NCBI GenBank assembly: GCA_964653655.1
Contig: CAZZHG010000012.1
Location: forward strand, 1,116 to 65,115
DNA from: an uncultured Pseudobdellovibrionaceae bacterium
GTDB lineage: Bacteria; Bdellovibrionota; FAC87; UBA2466
Length of the DNA: 64,000 nt
Direction of reading: 5' to 3'
Below, piece after piece: positions 18,976 through 28,605 of this stretch. How positions within the stretch are numbered: position 1 is the first letter of the stretch; every line of letters begins with the position of its first letter. The translations under genes and the position numbers were made by a program. Under the pieces are notes generated by a model. It was not told where the DNA came from, did no database searches, and saw only the letters and a program-made list of their open reading frames with translations.

Positions 18976-19767
18976 TCAATTCGTTCCCGTTTCCTTCAAA
19001 CGGCGATCGATGATCTCCTCGAAGGCCGGCGTGGGATAAGCCCCTTTGAGGCTGATGCCGCCGACGACGAAGCCGGGCGTTCCGCTGATGCCGAACTTCT
19101 GGGCTTCCGCCATGTCCGCCTGAATCGTGGTCTTCACCCGATCCGACTCCATGTCCTTCTTCATCTTGGCGAGGTCGACGCCGGCCTTCTTGGCCATTTC
19201 GTCGAGGAACTTCTCGTCCTTCATCTCACCCTGCTTTTCGAACACGTAGTCGTGGAACTGATAAGCCTTCTTCGGATTCTGCATCACGATGGCTTCGAAC
19301 CGCTTCGCGGCCGGCATCGCCATCGGGTGGAACTCGAGGGGAAGGTGCTTGAAGACGATCCGGATCTTGTCGCCGTACTTCTTCTCGAGCTCCTTCACCG
19401 TCTGGTAACCACGGCGGCAGTAGGGGCATTGGAAGTCGGAATACTCGACGACAGTGACGGCGGCGTTGGCGTTACCCAAAATCGCGCGGTCCTTGCTGAT
19501 CTCCGGGGACTTCGGATTCTTGTACTCGGCTTCCCGGGTTTCCTTCTCTTCCTTCTCAGCTTGCTCACGGCTTTCCTTCTGAGCCGACTGATGGGCCTTC
19601 ATCATGGCCTGAGTCAGCTTGTAAGGATGCGCTTCGAACGTTTCCGTGAGGATGTCCGGGTTATCCTTCAAAATCTTTTTCAGCTGACTAGGGGTGGGGG
19701 AACAACCGGCGAGAAAAAGAGCGAGCGCCGGGCCCACGATTCCAAAAACGTATTTGACGGTTCTCAT
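18976..19767 (-). CDS. DsbA/Com1-like thioredoxin-fold lipoprotein
   Basis: Lipobox LAGC; EYSDFQCPYC, KHLPL..H, GISGTPGF. Confidence 0.92.
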   Translation of the reverse strand: MRTVKYVFGIVGPALALFLAGCSPTPSQLKKILKDNPDILTETFEAHPYKLTQAMMKAHQSAQKESREQAEKEEKETREAEYKNPKSPEISKDRAILGNANAAVTVVEYSDFQCPYCRRGYQTVKELEKKYGDKIRIVFKHLPLEFHPMAMPAAKRFEAIVMQNPKKAYQFHDYVFEKQGEMKDEKFLDEMAKKAGVDLAKMKKDMESDRVKTTIQADMAEAQKFGISGTPGFVVGGISLKGAYPTPAFEEIIDRRLKETGTN

Positions 19768-19811
19768 GTTGGTCTCCTGATAGGTGGGCTAGCCCACAAA
19801 ATAACCCTGCT

Positions 19812-19841
19812 ATTTTACGCGTACTTTTTCAGAAAAGGCAA
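19812..19841 (-). promoter_or_regulatory. Possible sigma70 promoter for the DsbA-like gene
   Basis: Minus strand TTGCCT-N18-TAAAAT. Confidence 0.4.
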
Positions 19842-19922
19842 CGCTCGGCGGCGGCGCTTTACACTAAACGCACCGTCCTAATTCTGTGTCGGTTTCTTCA
19901 CCGTTCTTTCGCCATCCCAGCC

Positions 19923-19949
19923 TAAGGTCTCTGCGCCACAGACCGATAC
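19923..19949 (+). promoter_or_regulatory. Sigma28 (FliA)-like promoter
   Basis: TAAGGTCT-N11-ACCGATAC versus consensus TAAAGTTT-N11-GCCGATAA. Confidence 0.55.
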
Positions 19950-20000
19950 TCTTCCAGTACCGCAGGATCGGCTCTCCGCCGATCCCCTTAAGGAGGCTAA

Positions 20001-20399
20001 ATGAAGACGAAGAACTACCGCTACGGCAAGACCACCTGCAAAGGCTGGCTCAAGTCGGCGGGCAATGGCTATGAAGTGTGCTTCACGTTCGGACCGAAAA
20101 CCGTTTTCGTGGGCAACTTCATTCACGCCACCGAAGCTAACGCCTGGTGGACCCTCATGAACCGGGAAATCAAGACGTTCGGAACGCGCTACAAAGTCGG
20201 CACCCGGTTTCCGGCCGCCAAGTACAGCCACTTCCTCTCGGCGCATCTCTACACTCGTTACTACAACTTCCTGGATCGGCTGTTCGTGAAACACACGCGT
20301 ACGTGGCATCGCGCGGTCGTGCGGGATCTCCGCTCGTACAAGCGCATGGCGAATCGCGTTCCGTCCAACGAACGCTTCCGCCTGCTCAAAGCGGCGTAA
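20001..20399 (+). CDS. Basic hypothetical protein (132 aa)
   Basis: Strong TAAGGAGG RBS, good codon bias, followed by a terminator. Confidence 0.8.
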   Translation: MKTKNYRYGKTTCKGWLKSAGNGYEVCFTFGPKTVFVGNFIHATEANAWWTLMNREIKTFGTRYKVGTRFPAAKYSHFLSAHLYTRYYNFLDRLFVKHTRTWHRAVVRDLRSYKRMANRVPSNERFRLLKAA

Positions 20400-20415
20400 A
20401 AAGGCCTCGAATGAG

Positions 20416-20449
20416 AGGGGCGGCGCTTCGGCGCCGCCCCTTTTTTTTT
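20416..20449 (+). terminator. Rho-independent terminator
   Basis: AGGGGCGGCGC-TTCG-GCGCCGCCCCT followed by a poly-T run. Confidence 0.92.
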
Positions 20450-20488
20450 GACGTATTATGCCCGCCCTATGTGACGGCCGAAAAAAAA

Positions 20489-20622
20489 AGAGCGACAGCG
20501 AGAGCGAGCGCAAGGAAGACTCCTTGATCTCTTGCACCGCACTTGCAGGCTCACGCCATCGCCACGTATGGGAGAATTTGAGATCGAATAGACTTCCTTG
20601 CGCTCGCTCTCGCTGTCGCTCT
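20489..20622. repeat. 134-bp element with perfect 30-bp inverted arms (MITE/REP-like)
   Basis: AGAGCGACAGCGAGAGCGAGCGCAAGGAAG (20489-20518) is the exact reverse complement of 20593-20622; 74-bp spacer. Confidence 0.92.
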
Positions 20623-20624
20623 AT

Positions 20625-22265
20625 CTAAATGGTTTGCTTCTTCGAGCCCTTCAGAAGACCGGCGGTGTCTTTGCGGACTTCCGGAGTCTGGAACTGAACT
20701 TTCACTTCCCAGGCGCCCTTGGCGTCCTTCTCGTCCAGCTCCCACTTTTTCTCTCCATCCAGATGCCCCATGGACTTGCCGTCCTTGAACCATTCCACCT
20801 TTAGAGGAGAAACGGGCGGCGTGACGACTTCGAGGGAAACGCGGCCGGCCGAAGGACGCGTGAGCTTCAGCTCGTCGATGACGCCGATCTTGCCGAAAAA
20901 TTTGATCCAGTTGTTCTCCTGGCAAACGGGGCAGAAGTGGCGCGAGCTCATGTTGCGCATGAGACACGCTTCGTTCGTCGCCCGGTATCCGCCCACCGCG
21001 CCCGACTTCGTGAAGTTCGGGTGGATGCCGACGTTATCGTCGTCAAAATCGTAGTCCTCGTCGTACTCGTGGATGGTCAGGTTGGAGAGCCAGTTGTTCC
21101 CGTCGGCGATGCCCTCGCTGAACTTCAGCTCGTGGTCACCTTTCGTAAAGCCACCCTTCCAAACCAGGTCAAAGAAAGTGCGGTCTGGACTACCGGGACT
21201 CGTGATGGGAATGAGCCCTCCATCGAGCGACACTTCCAAATCCCTGTCCGTATCGACGCCGGAAGCGCTGAAGCGGATCGAGCGGTGTCCCCACTCACCG
21301 GAACTCGAGAAGTCCGCGGTGAAAGCGCCGGAATGAAGATTCTTCCAGGGCCAGTCGACGAAATGGGCAGCCGCCTTTTCGGGCTTCGCTCCGGGTTTCA
21401 GCCAATGCGACCAAGACACGTTCGAGGAAGAGCTGAAGTTCGCCCCGAAGAAAGTGGCCTCCCCTCCGTCGTACTCCTCGCCGACCCGCCCGAAGTTGTG
21501 ACCGAGCTCGTGGCGCAATACGATCTGGCCGCTTTTCGTCGACGAGGTCGTGATGGCGAACTGCCCGCCCAAGCCGCCGTAATAAGGATCGTTGGCGACG
21601 AGGATCGGATAGTCGCAGTCGGGAGCCTTCTGACAGGAACTGGAAGCGGCGAAAGTATCGCCCGGCATGATCGCCCGCAGGGTGTCGCCGACGCGGTAAA
21701 GCTTGTAGGCGGTGTTCTTGGGCTTGTCGTTCTTGCCGATGCCCGACTCCGTGGAAGCGCGAAACACGGCGTGCACGTTAAAGATGGAACGGTACGAAGC
21801 GTAGGTGTCGCCGGTGAAAATGTCGTCGACGAGCCGGCGCACGTCCGCGAGGAATTTCGGCTTTTCCGCCTCGGTGTAGCCGTCCCCCATGAAAACCAAA
21901 TCGATCCGGTTGGCCGGAGGCCCGTTGGACACGAGGGTGAAAACTTCGTCGGTCGCGCGGCTGGGCCGGCGCGTCGGAGTCGCTACTCCACGGGCCTTCA
22001 ACATGCCGCGCAACATCGAGGAACTCGTGCTCTCGAGGATGACCAGATTGCCGCCTTTGAGGTCTTCATGCTCGGCGACAAAACGCGGGAACGAAGTCTC
22101 CACGGCGGCGCGCGTGATCCGATCCTCGTCGCCCAATTTTTTCCCGAAGAACTCCAGGACCCGCTTCCCTTTGGCGTCTTCGCTGTACTCGGCGCGGTAA
22201 ATGGCGCCGTGGGCGCGAGGCATCACAAAGAAAAACAGCGCAACCCAAAACGTCGCGATTTTCAT
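20625..22265 (-). CDS. Secreted M64-family (IgA peptidase-like) metallopeptidase
   Basis: Signal peptide; NRIDLVFMGDGYT, YYGGLGG, RHELGHNFG..EEY, CLMR...FCPVC. Confidence 0.9.
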   Translation of the reverse strand: MKIATFWVALFFFVMPRAHGAIYRAEYSEDAKGKRVLEFFGKKLGDEDRITRAAVETSFPRFVAEHEDLKGGNLVILESTSSSMLRGMLKARGVATPTRRPSRATDEVFTLVSNGPPANRIDLVFMGDGYTEAEKPKFLADVRRLVDDIFTGDTYASYRSIFNVHAVFRASTESGIGKNDKPKNTAYKLYRVGDTLRAIMPGDTFAASSSCQKAPDCDYPILVANDPYYGGLGGQFAITTSSTKSGQIVLRHELGHNFGRVGEEYDGGEATFFGANFSSSSNVSWSHWLKPGAKPEKAAAHFVDWPWKNLHSGAFTADFSSSGEWGHRSIRFSASGVDTDRDLEVSLDGGLIPITSPGSPDRTFFDLVWKGGFTKGDHELKFSEGIADGNNWLSNLTIHEYDEDYDFDDDNVGIHPNFTKSGAVGGYRATNEACLMRNMSSRHFCPVCQENNWIKFFGKIGVIDELKLTRPSAGRVSLEVVTPPVSPLKVEWFKDGKSMGHLDGEKKWELDEKDAKGAWEVKVQFQTPEVRKDTAGLLKGSKKQTI

Positions 22266-22455
22266 TCAGAGTCCCTCGGGATTTGTGATTGGCCGTAGCC
22301 GACGCTTCTAAAGTACTGCCGTTAGACCCCTGGCGCAATGTCCGGCCGGGGTTCCGTTAGCAGCCGCACACTCGACGCAAGGCAATATCGTCGGAAAACC
22401 TCGTCAAGCCGCCTACCTCGGATACCGAAAAGTATGGGAGGGAATCCGCTCTTAA

Positions 22456-23868
22456 ATGCTCTTCACCGACAAAACTTTCCTCTTCTTCTTTCTGCCCTTC
22501 GCCCTGCTGCTCCACCGCTTTGCATTGCGGAACTCCCCCCAGGGCGCATACGGGAGCCGGGCGAGAGCCGTTCTGTTTCTTCTGACTCTCGTTTTCTACG
22601 GCTGGCACACGCCGTGGTGGCTCATCCCGTTTCTCGCTTCCGTGGGTTTCGACTTTCTCTGGGCCAGGCTCATTCACGAGTCCAAGAACGAAAAGAAACG
22701 CAAAGCGTGGATGTGGACGTCCGTGGTGCAGAACCTGGGGCTTCTCGCGGTGTTCAAGTATTGGAACCTGATCGCGGACGGAGTGGCCTGGATGTCTCCT
22801 TCCGTGGGCGCGATCCTTCCCCGGCACAACCTTGCGCTTCCGGCGGGCATTTCCTTCTACACCTTCGAATCGCTCAGCTTCGTCATCGACGTGTACCGCC
22901 GGGCCGTGACGCCGCCACGGACGCGCATGGAGTTTCTGGCCTTCATCGGGATGTTCCCCCGTTTCATCGCCGGCCCCATCGTCCGCTACAAGGATTTGCG
23001 GAATCAGTTCGATAACTACGGCGGCATGGACGTCAGCGGGGGACTGCGGGTTTTCATTCTCGGGCTTTTCCGCAAGGCGTGCCTCGCCGACAGCTTCGCC
23101 CTGTTCACCGGCTACGCCTTCGATGCGCATTACCCGCTCGACTGCCTGTCGGCGTGGCTAGGGGTCATCGCCTACACGATGCAGATCTACTTCGATTTTT
23201 CGGGATACTCCCTGATGGCGATCGGTCTCGGAAAATGTCTCGGCTTTCAGTTCAACGAGAACTTCAATCAGCCCTACGCCGCCGGATCCTTCAAGGACTT
23301 CTGGCGCCGGTGGCACATCAGCTTGTCGACGTGGCTACGGGATTATCTCTACATTCCGCTCGGAGGGGATCGCAAAGGCCCCGTCCGCACTTACGTGAAT
23401 CTATTTCTGACGATGGTACTCGGAGGACTCTGGCACGGAGCTTCGCTTACGTTCGTCGCGTGGGGAGCGTGGCACGGCGGACTGCTGGCCCTCGAGCGCT
23501 ACACGGGCTTCACGGAAAAAATGCCGAAACCCCTCGCCCGCGTCGTGACCTTCCTCGGAGTCTGCATCGGCTGGGTCTTCTTCCGGGCGAAGGACTTTAC
23601 CGAGGCCTCCGCGATTCTCGGCGCCATGGCTTCGCCGGCGCGCAACTGGCACATGGCTTTCAATCCGTCGGGCCTGCTCGTGTCTCCGGTGGCGGTTTTC
23701 TTTTGTCTCGCCGGGCTCGTCTACTGTTTTACCGGCGAGGGAAGCTGGAAACCCAAGCGGCCGGTGAATCCCCTCGCGTGGGACGCCCTGCCCCTCGCGG
23801 TGGCGGCTCTTTCGCTTCTCGTTCTGTTCAGCAACCAAGTAATCCCGTTCCTCTACTTCCAGTTCTAG
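22456..23868 (+). CDS. MBOAT family O-acyltransferase (AlgI/DltB-like)
   Basis: LPAGISFYTF, FPRFIAGPIVRY, QIYFDFSGYS, ENFNQPY, FWRRWHISLSTWLRDYLYIPLGG, GLWHGA. Confidence 0.95.
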   Translation: MLFTDKTFLFFFLPFALLLHRFALRNSPQGAYGSRARAVLFLLTLVFYGWHTPWWLIPFLASVGFDFLWARLIHESKNEKKRKAWMWTSVVQNLGLLAVFKYWNLIADGVAWMSPSVGAILPRHNLALPAGISFYTFESLSFVIDVYRRAVTPPRTRMEFLAFIGMFPRFIAGPIVRYKDLRNQFDNYGGMDVSGGLRVFILGLFRKACLADSFALFTGYAFDAHYPLDCLSAWLGVIAYTMQIYFDFSGYSLMAIGLGKCLGFQFNENFNQPYAAGSFKDFWRRWHISLSTWLRDYLYIPLGGDRKGPVRTYVNLFLTMVLGGLWHGASLTFVAWGAWHGGLLALERYTGFTEKMPKPLARVVTFLGVCIGWVFFRAKDFTEASAILGAMASPARNWHMAFNPSGLLVSPVAVFFCLAGLVYCFTGEGSWKPKRPVNPLAWDALPLAVAALSLLVLFSNQVIPFLYFQF

Positions 23869-23877
23869 GAGAAGACC

Positions 23878-25044
23878 ATGGCCCGCGCGAGGAAAAAGCA
23901 AACGACTCACCTGGCGCTTTGGGCGCTGGGCGCCGTTCTGCTCTATCACATCGTGAACGTGGTGGGCGTGGCTCTCCAGTTCCGTGGCTTCACCGGCGAG
24001 CCCTATCGCACCCGCGTGCCCGGGCTGATCCTTCCCGGAGTCCGCTGGAGCTCGGAAGCTCCGCTGTTTGATTCGAGCAAGCGATTCCTCCAGGCCATCG
24101 GCTATTCGATCCGCCACTGGCTCGGCCAGGAGAACGACTTCTACTTTTACGGGCCGGCAAAACCCCTTCAGCGGCTCTACGTCCGCATGGACACCGGGCT
24201 GATGGACGCCCGGCTCAACGAGAAAGATCTCAGCTATCCCGCTTTCATCGACAAACTGTTCCAGGACGCCGTCTGCCACGGAGTGCGGCCCTTCGCCGTA
24301 TTCGTCCCCCCGAAAACCGCCATCGAGCGCGAAAGGCTTCCGGCCCGCCTTCCCCTGCCGAAGCTTTGGAAGCCGGACACGGGCTGGGCGGAAGAGACCG
24401 ATGCCGGCCGCCGCCTGCTCGCGGCCCATCCCCCGAAGCATTGGGTGGACCTGTATGGCATTTTCCGCCGGGCCCGCCAGAACGGGGAAGTTTACGTCCC
24501 CTGGGACTATCACCTGACGAACTACGGAATGGCCGTGGTGACCACGGAGATCGTCAATCTGCTCAATTCGGAAGGCGAGTCGCTCGGCGAACCGGAAATC
24601 CGGCAGGTGGGAATGAGGCCTCGGGATTACTCGGACGTCCTTATCTCCATGCTCAACCTGCCCGACATGCTGCTATCGCGCCCCGAGTTCGGCTGGTCGG
24701 AGCCGCTCTACGAAGTTCGTACTCCGGGGCGCCTCACGAAATGGAAACGGGTGGTGCTTGCGGGGACGAGCTTCACCGATCGGCTGGACAAGTTCGGGCA
24801 AGGGCTGCCCACCCTTCTCGAAAAAGCGATGCACGTTCCGGTGAAGTACCTGGCGGCCAACGGATCGACGGCCGATACCATTCTGAAAAAGCTCGTCGAT
24901 AAAGGCGTGAAACTCGAGGCGGGCGATGTCTTCATCCTGGAACAGCCGCTTGATCACATCCTGAGAGAAGCCTCCGCGTATCCTTCTCCCTGGGCCGAGG
25001 AGCGCTCAATATCCTCGACGATCTCCGGCTGTGAGCAACGTTAA
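23878..25044 (+). CDS. AlgJ/AlgX-like SGNH O-acetyltransferase partner
   Basis: N-terminal anchor; VFVPPKT, WDYHLTNYG (DxH), LAGTSF; directly downstream of the MBOAT gene. Confidence 0.75.
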   Translation: MARARKKQTTHLALWALGAVLLYHIVNVVGVALQFRGFTGEPYRTRVPGLILPGVRWSSEAPLFDSSKRFLQAIGYSIRHWLGQENDFYFYGPAKPLQRLYVRMDTGLMDARLNEKDLSYPAFIDKLFQDAVCHGVRPFAVFVPPKTAIERERLPARLPLPKLWKPDTGWAEETDAGRRLLAAHPPKHWVDLYGIFRRARQNGEVYVPWDYHLTNYGMAVVTTEIVNLLNSEGESLGEPEIRQVGMRPRDYSDVLISMLNLPDMLLSRPEFGWSEPLYEVRTPGRLTKWKRVVLAGTSFTDRLDKFGQGLPTLLEKAMHVPVKYLAANGSTADTILKKLVDKGVKLEAGDVFILEQPLDHILREASAYPSPWAEERSISSTISGCEQR

Positions 25045-25066
25045 AGTTAACGTTAACTTTAACGTT
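25037..25066. repeat. Perfect 30-bp AT-rich palindrome between convergent genes
   Basis: AACGTTAAAGTTAACGTTAACTTTAACGTT equals its own reverse complement and includes the upstream TAA stop. Confidence 0.93.
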
Positions 25067-25080
25067 AATGTGAAGTCGGC

Positions 25081-25509
25081 TCAGCCGACGCGCCTGCCTT
25101 GCAGCTGGCCCCAAGTCTCCCTCAGCTTCTTCTCGAACACTTCGATGACGAACGGCTTGGCGAGGTAATTGTTCACGCCCGCCTGGATCGCTTCCATGAC
25201 TTGGTCTTTGCGCGTGTTGGTGGTGAGAAGCAGAAAGGGCGTGCCGGCGATGCGGGCGTCGCCGCGGATCTTCTTCAAGAGCTCCAGGCCCGACATGCCT
25301 GGCATCTTCCAGTCGGCGACGATGAGCTGAAACGGCTTGCTGAGCCGGAGGGACTTTTCGATTTCCGCCCAGGCGATGACGCCGTTCTCCGCTTCGACCA
25401 CGTTGGTGTATCCCATCTTGTAGAGCATCCTATGGATGATCTTGCGGGTAATGTCCGTATCCTCAATCAGCAGGATTTTGGTTTCGTATGGGAAATGATC
25501 GTTTTGCAT
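25081..25509 (-). CDS. Single-domain CheY-like response regulator
   Basis: ILLIED, IVADWKMPGMSGLELL, FLLLT, YLAKPF. Confidence 0.92.
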   Translation of the reverse strand: MQNDHFPYETKILLIEDTDITRKIIHRMLYKMGYTNVVEAENGVIAWAEIEKSLRLSKPFQLIVADWKMPGMSGLELLKKIRGDARIAGTPFLLLTTNTRKDQVMEAIQAGVNNYLAKPFVIEVFEKKLRETWGQLQGRRVG

Positions 25510-25518
25510 GACGGTTCC

Positions 25519-28488
25519 CTAGGCGGCCTTCTCGGTCTGCACCTTCTCCTCGGACTCCAATTCCTTGAGCACCAGCTGGTACTCGGCCCTAAGACTCTTC
25601 AAAGCATTGCGCGCCCGCTCGAAAGCCCGCTTGTCGCCGGCCTTTTCGAGCTTCTTGCACAGCTCGACCATGCCCTTCGCTCCCAGGTTCGCGCAGCCCG
25701 ACTTCAGCTTATGGGCTTCATCCGACACCTCACGCCCGTTCTTGTGGGCGATGCCCTCGGCGATGCGCTCGAGCGAAGGAGGCGTCGTGCGGCGGAACGT
25801 GGCGATGAGATCGGCCACGAAATCCGGGCCCGATCCGTCCTGCAGCAAGCGAAGCGAGAAAATGGCGGAGCGATCGAGCGTATTCGACGAGACCGGCGCC
25901 TCCTTGGGCGTGGCGGCGGCCCCCTGGCCGCGGCCCTTGGACCATTTCTCCAATACTCGGGCGAGCTCCGCCAGCGTGATGGGCTTGGCGAGGTAGTCGT
26001 CCATGCCGGCCGCGAGACATTTTTCCCGGTCGCTGGCCATGGCGTGGGCGGTGAGAGCTACGATGGGCGTTCCTGAGCCCTTTTCTTCCGCGCGGATGCG
26101 CCGAACCGCTTCGTAGCCGTCCACTTCGGGCATCTGGCAGTCGAGGAAAATGATGTCGTACTTTCCCTTGCGGGCCGCGTCCACGGCCTGCTGGCCGCCT
26201 TCGGCGATCTCGACTTGGCATTTGAGCTTTTCCAGAAGGAAGCGCACCACCTTCTGGTTCATGGGATTGTCTTCGGCGACGAGAATTTTGAGATTCGGAA
26301 CCTTGCCCCGGGCCGGCGTTTTGCGATCCGTGCTTCTCGGCGTGATTCGCGAGCGTTCCAGCTCGACGAAGAAGGAGAACGAAGATCCTTTGCCGTGAAC
26401 GCTTTCGACGTGCAGCTCGCCGCCCATCAGATGAACGAGCCGGCGGCTGATCGAAAGGCCGAGCCCCGTGCCGCCGAAGCGGCGGCTCGTGGAGCTATCC
26501 GCCTGCTCGAAACTGTCGAAGATCCGCGCCCGTTGCTCCTCGGTGAGGCCGATGCCGGTGTCGGCGACTTCGAAGTCGACCCGCACCAGACCGCTCTCGG
26601 TGGAACGGCCCGACACGTAAACGTCCACCTCGCCGTCGGAGGCGAATTTGATGGCGTTACCGACGAGATTCACGAGAATCTGGCGCAAGCGGCCCGCGTC
26701 GCCCACCAGGTACTTGGGCGTCTTGGGATCGAGATGGGTCGTCAGCTTGATGTGCTTTTCTTCGGCCAGGCTGAAGAACATCTCGTGAGTGGACTCGAGG
26801 ATTCGGGAGACGTCGAAATCGACGGACTCGAGCTCCAGCTTGTCCGCTTCGATCTTCGAGAAATCGAGAATGTCGCTGATGAGAGACAGCAGCATTCCGG
26901 AGGCGGACTGAATGCCCTTGGCGAACTCGAGCTGCAGCTTGTTCAGCTTCGAATCCAGCAGCAGCTCGCTCATGCCGACCACCGCGTTCAAGGGAGTCCG
27001 GATCTCATGGCTCATGTTCGCCAGAAACTCCGACTTGTGCCGCGAGGCTTCGAGAGCCGACTCCCGGGCGTCCATCAATTCCATCGCCTGGGCGCGGGAT
27101 TGCTCGTCGGAAGCGGCGAGGTATCGGTTCACGGACTCCAGCTCCCTTGCCCGCATTTGAACGGCTTGGGAAAGAAAGACGAGATAAGCGACGACCACGG
27201 CGAGCACGAGCCCGCAGATGAGTACCGCTTCGGGGAGCCAGGAGCGGAATGCGCGGGCGGTCGCTTTCGTCGGCCCGACCACGAGACCCGCGCTCACTCC
27301 GTAGAGCTCCAGCGGAAGCTCGGAGGCGAGCCCTCGCGCCACATTGCCTTCCGCCCGCTCGTACAAAACGTCTTTGCCGTGGTTGAGGCGGATCCCAAAT
27401 CCGGGGGCGACTCTTTCCTGAATGACCGCTTCCATGACGTCGGCGATCTTCAAAAGAGCGACGAGGTAGCCGTCGAACTGATCCCCGCTGTAAACCGGAA
27501 TGTGCACCTGGAAGAGGCTGCCCGGCTGGCGCAAGTCCTTGCCGCGGGTAAAGAGCGGCGTGCCCTGATCCGCATGGCGGGCGAGGGCCGTCCGCCGCAT
27601 GGAATCCATTCCAAAATCGATTTCCTCGTCGTCAAAGGCATCATCGGCGAGCGCGGTCCAGCGGCGGGTAAAGCCGGAATCGAGCCAGCTGACCACGCGA
27701 TAGGATGGAAAATGGCGCATGAACGCGCGCGACTCCGCCTCCCAAGTCCTGGCTTCGGGACGTCCGTTCTCACGCCAGCGGTGGCTCATGCGCTTGAGGG
27801 GAAGAATCTGATCGTCGAGTCTCGCCTCGACCCGGTCGGCCACTTCCTCGGACTGTTCTACGACCTTCTCCCGAAGGAGCGAAGTCTCGCGCGCGGTGAG
27901 TCCCTGCCAGAGAATGAAACTCGCGGTCACCATTCCCGCGAGCGTCGAGGCCGGAATCCAGCGCCACGGGCTCGAACCCATCTCGTGGAATCTGGCCGCC
28001 GCGAAAAAGGCGCAACCCAAAACGAGAAAGCTAGCGGCGAACGCCGGCCCAAGCGGCTCGCCCGAGCCCCAAGTGTAGGCGCCCGGGAAATGGGCCAGGT
28101 GGCCGAACAAAGCCGAGACGGCGGCCGCCGAAAGGAAAGCTCCCGAGAGCCCCAATAGCTTCGAGCGCGCCCGCGGGTTGAAGGTCGAGACGATGGCCAA
28201 AAAGCCGCACACCAGAAATAGCAGGGAGGCGGAGAAAGCGGTCGGAGCGCCGAGGGTGCCGCCGACGAAGCCTTTGATCCCCATCGCGACCGAACAAGCT
28301 CCCGTAAGGAGCGTCAGGTACTTGTTGGTCCACGCCGTGGAGAGCACGGCGAGTGCCAGAAAGAAGATTCCTACCGGGCCGTCCAGGGCGGCCGCCCCCC
28401 TCGTTTCCTGAAGAAAAGGCAGGCCAACCGCGCTAAGTGCCCCGCAGAGAAGGAGAACCCGGCGGGCGAATGTTTTCTCGGAGTCCAT
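25519..28488 (-). CDS. Hybrid sensor histidine kinase (multi-TM, CHASE-like, HisKA, HATPase, REC, Hpt)
   Basis: [51 protein letters not shown]; likely start MDSEK at 28488. Confidence 0.93.
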   Translation of the reverse strand: MDSEKTFARRVLLLCGALSAVGLPFLQETRGAAALDGPVGIFFLALAVLSTAWTNKYLTLLTGACSVAMGIKGFVGGTLGAPTAFSASLLFLVCGFLAIVSTFNPRARSKLLGLSGAFLSAAAVSALFGHLAHFPGAYTWGSGEPLGPAFAASFLVLGCAFFAAARFHEMGSSPWRWIPASTLAGMVTASFILWQGLTARETSLLREKVVEQSEEVADRVEARLDDQILPLKRMSHRWRENGRPEARTWEAESRAFMRHFPSYRVVSWLDSGFTRRWTALADDAFDDEEIDFGMDSMRRTALARHADQGTPLFTRGKDLRQPGSLFQVHIPVYSGDQFDGYLVALLKIADVMEAVIQERVAPGFGIRLNHGKDVLYERAEGNVARGLASELPLELYGVSAGLVVGPTKATARAFRSWLPEAVLICGLVLAVVVAYLVFLSQAVQMRARELESVNRYLAASDEQSRAQAMELMDARESALEASRHKSEFLANMSHEIRTPLNAVVGMSELLLDSKLNKLQLEFAKGIQSASGMLLSLISDILDFSKIEADKLELESVDFDVSRILESTHEMFFSLAEEKHIKLTTHLDPKTPKYLVGDAGRLRQILVNLVGNAIKFASDGEVDVYVSGRSTESGLVRVDFEVADTGIGLTEEQRARIFDSFEQADSSTSRRFGGTGLGLSISRRLVHLMGGELHVESVHGKGSSFSFFVELERSRITPRSTDRKTPARGKVPNLKILVAEDNPMNQKVVRFLLEKLKCQVEIAEGGQQAVDAARKGKYDIIFLDCQMPEVDGYEAVRRIRAEEKGSGTPIVALTAHAMASDREKCLAAGMDDYLAKPITLAELARVLEKWSKGRGQGAAATPKEAPVSSNTLDRSAIFSLRLLQDGSGPDFVADLIATFRRTTPPSLERIAEGIAHKNGREVSDEAHKLKSGCANLGAKGMVELCKKLEKAGDKRAFERARNALKSLRAEYQLVLKELESEEKVQTEKAA

Positions 28489-28605
28489 CGCATACTTATC
28501 GGCCGGTCCTAGTCCAGGACTAAGGGCCGGGTAGCGCGGGGCGTTACCTGAGCCTGCCAATGGAGACTTTTGACACGGAAGCCCAGTTAGGGTTTTTTAG
28601 GCGCC

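Noticed and set aside
19878-20000. c-di-GMP (GEMM) riboswitch upstream of the 20001 gene
   Set aside because: The diagnostic GCAAAC/GNRA-tetraloop-receptor elements were not found; the sigma28 promoter plus one short hairpin explains the region.
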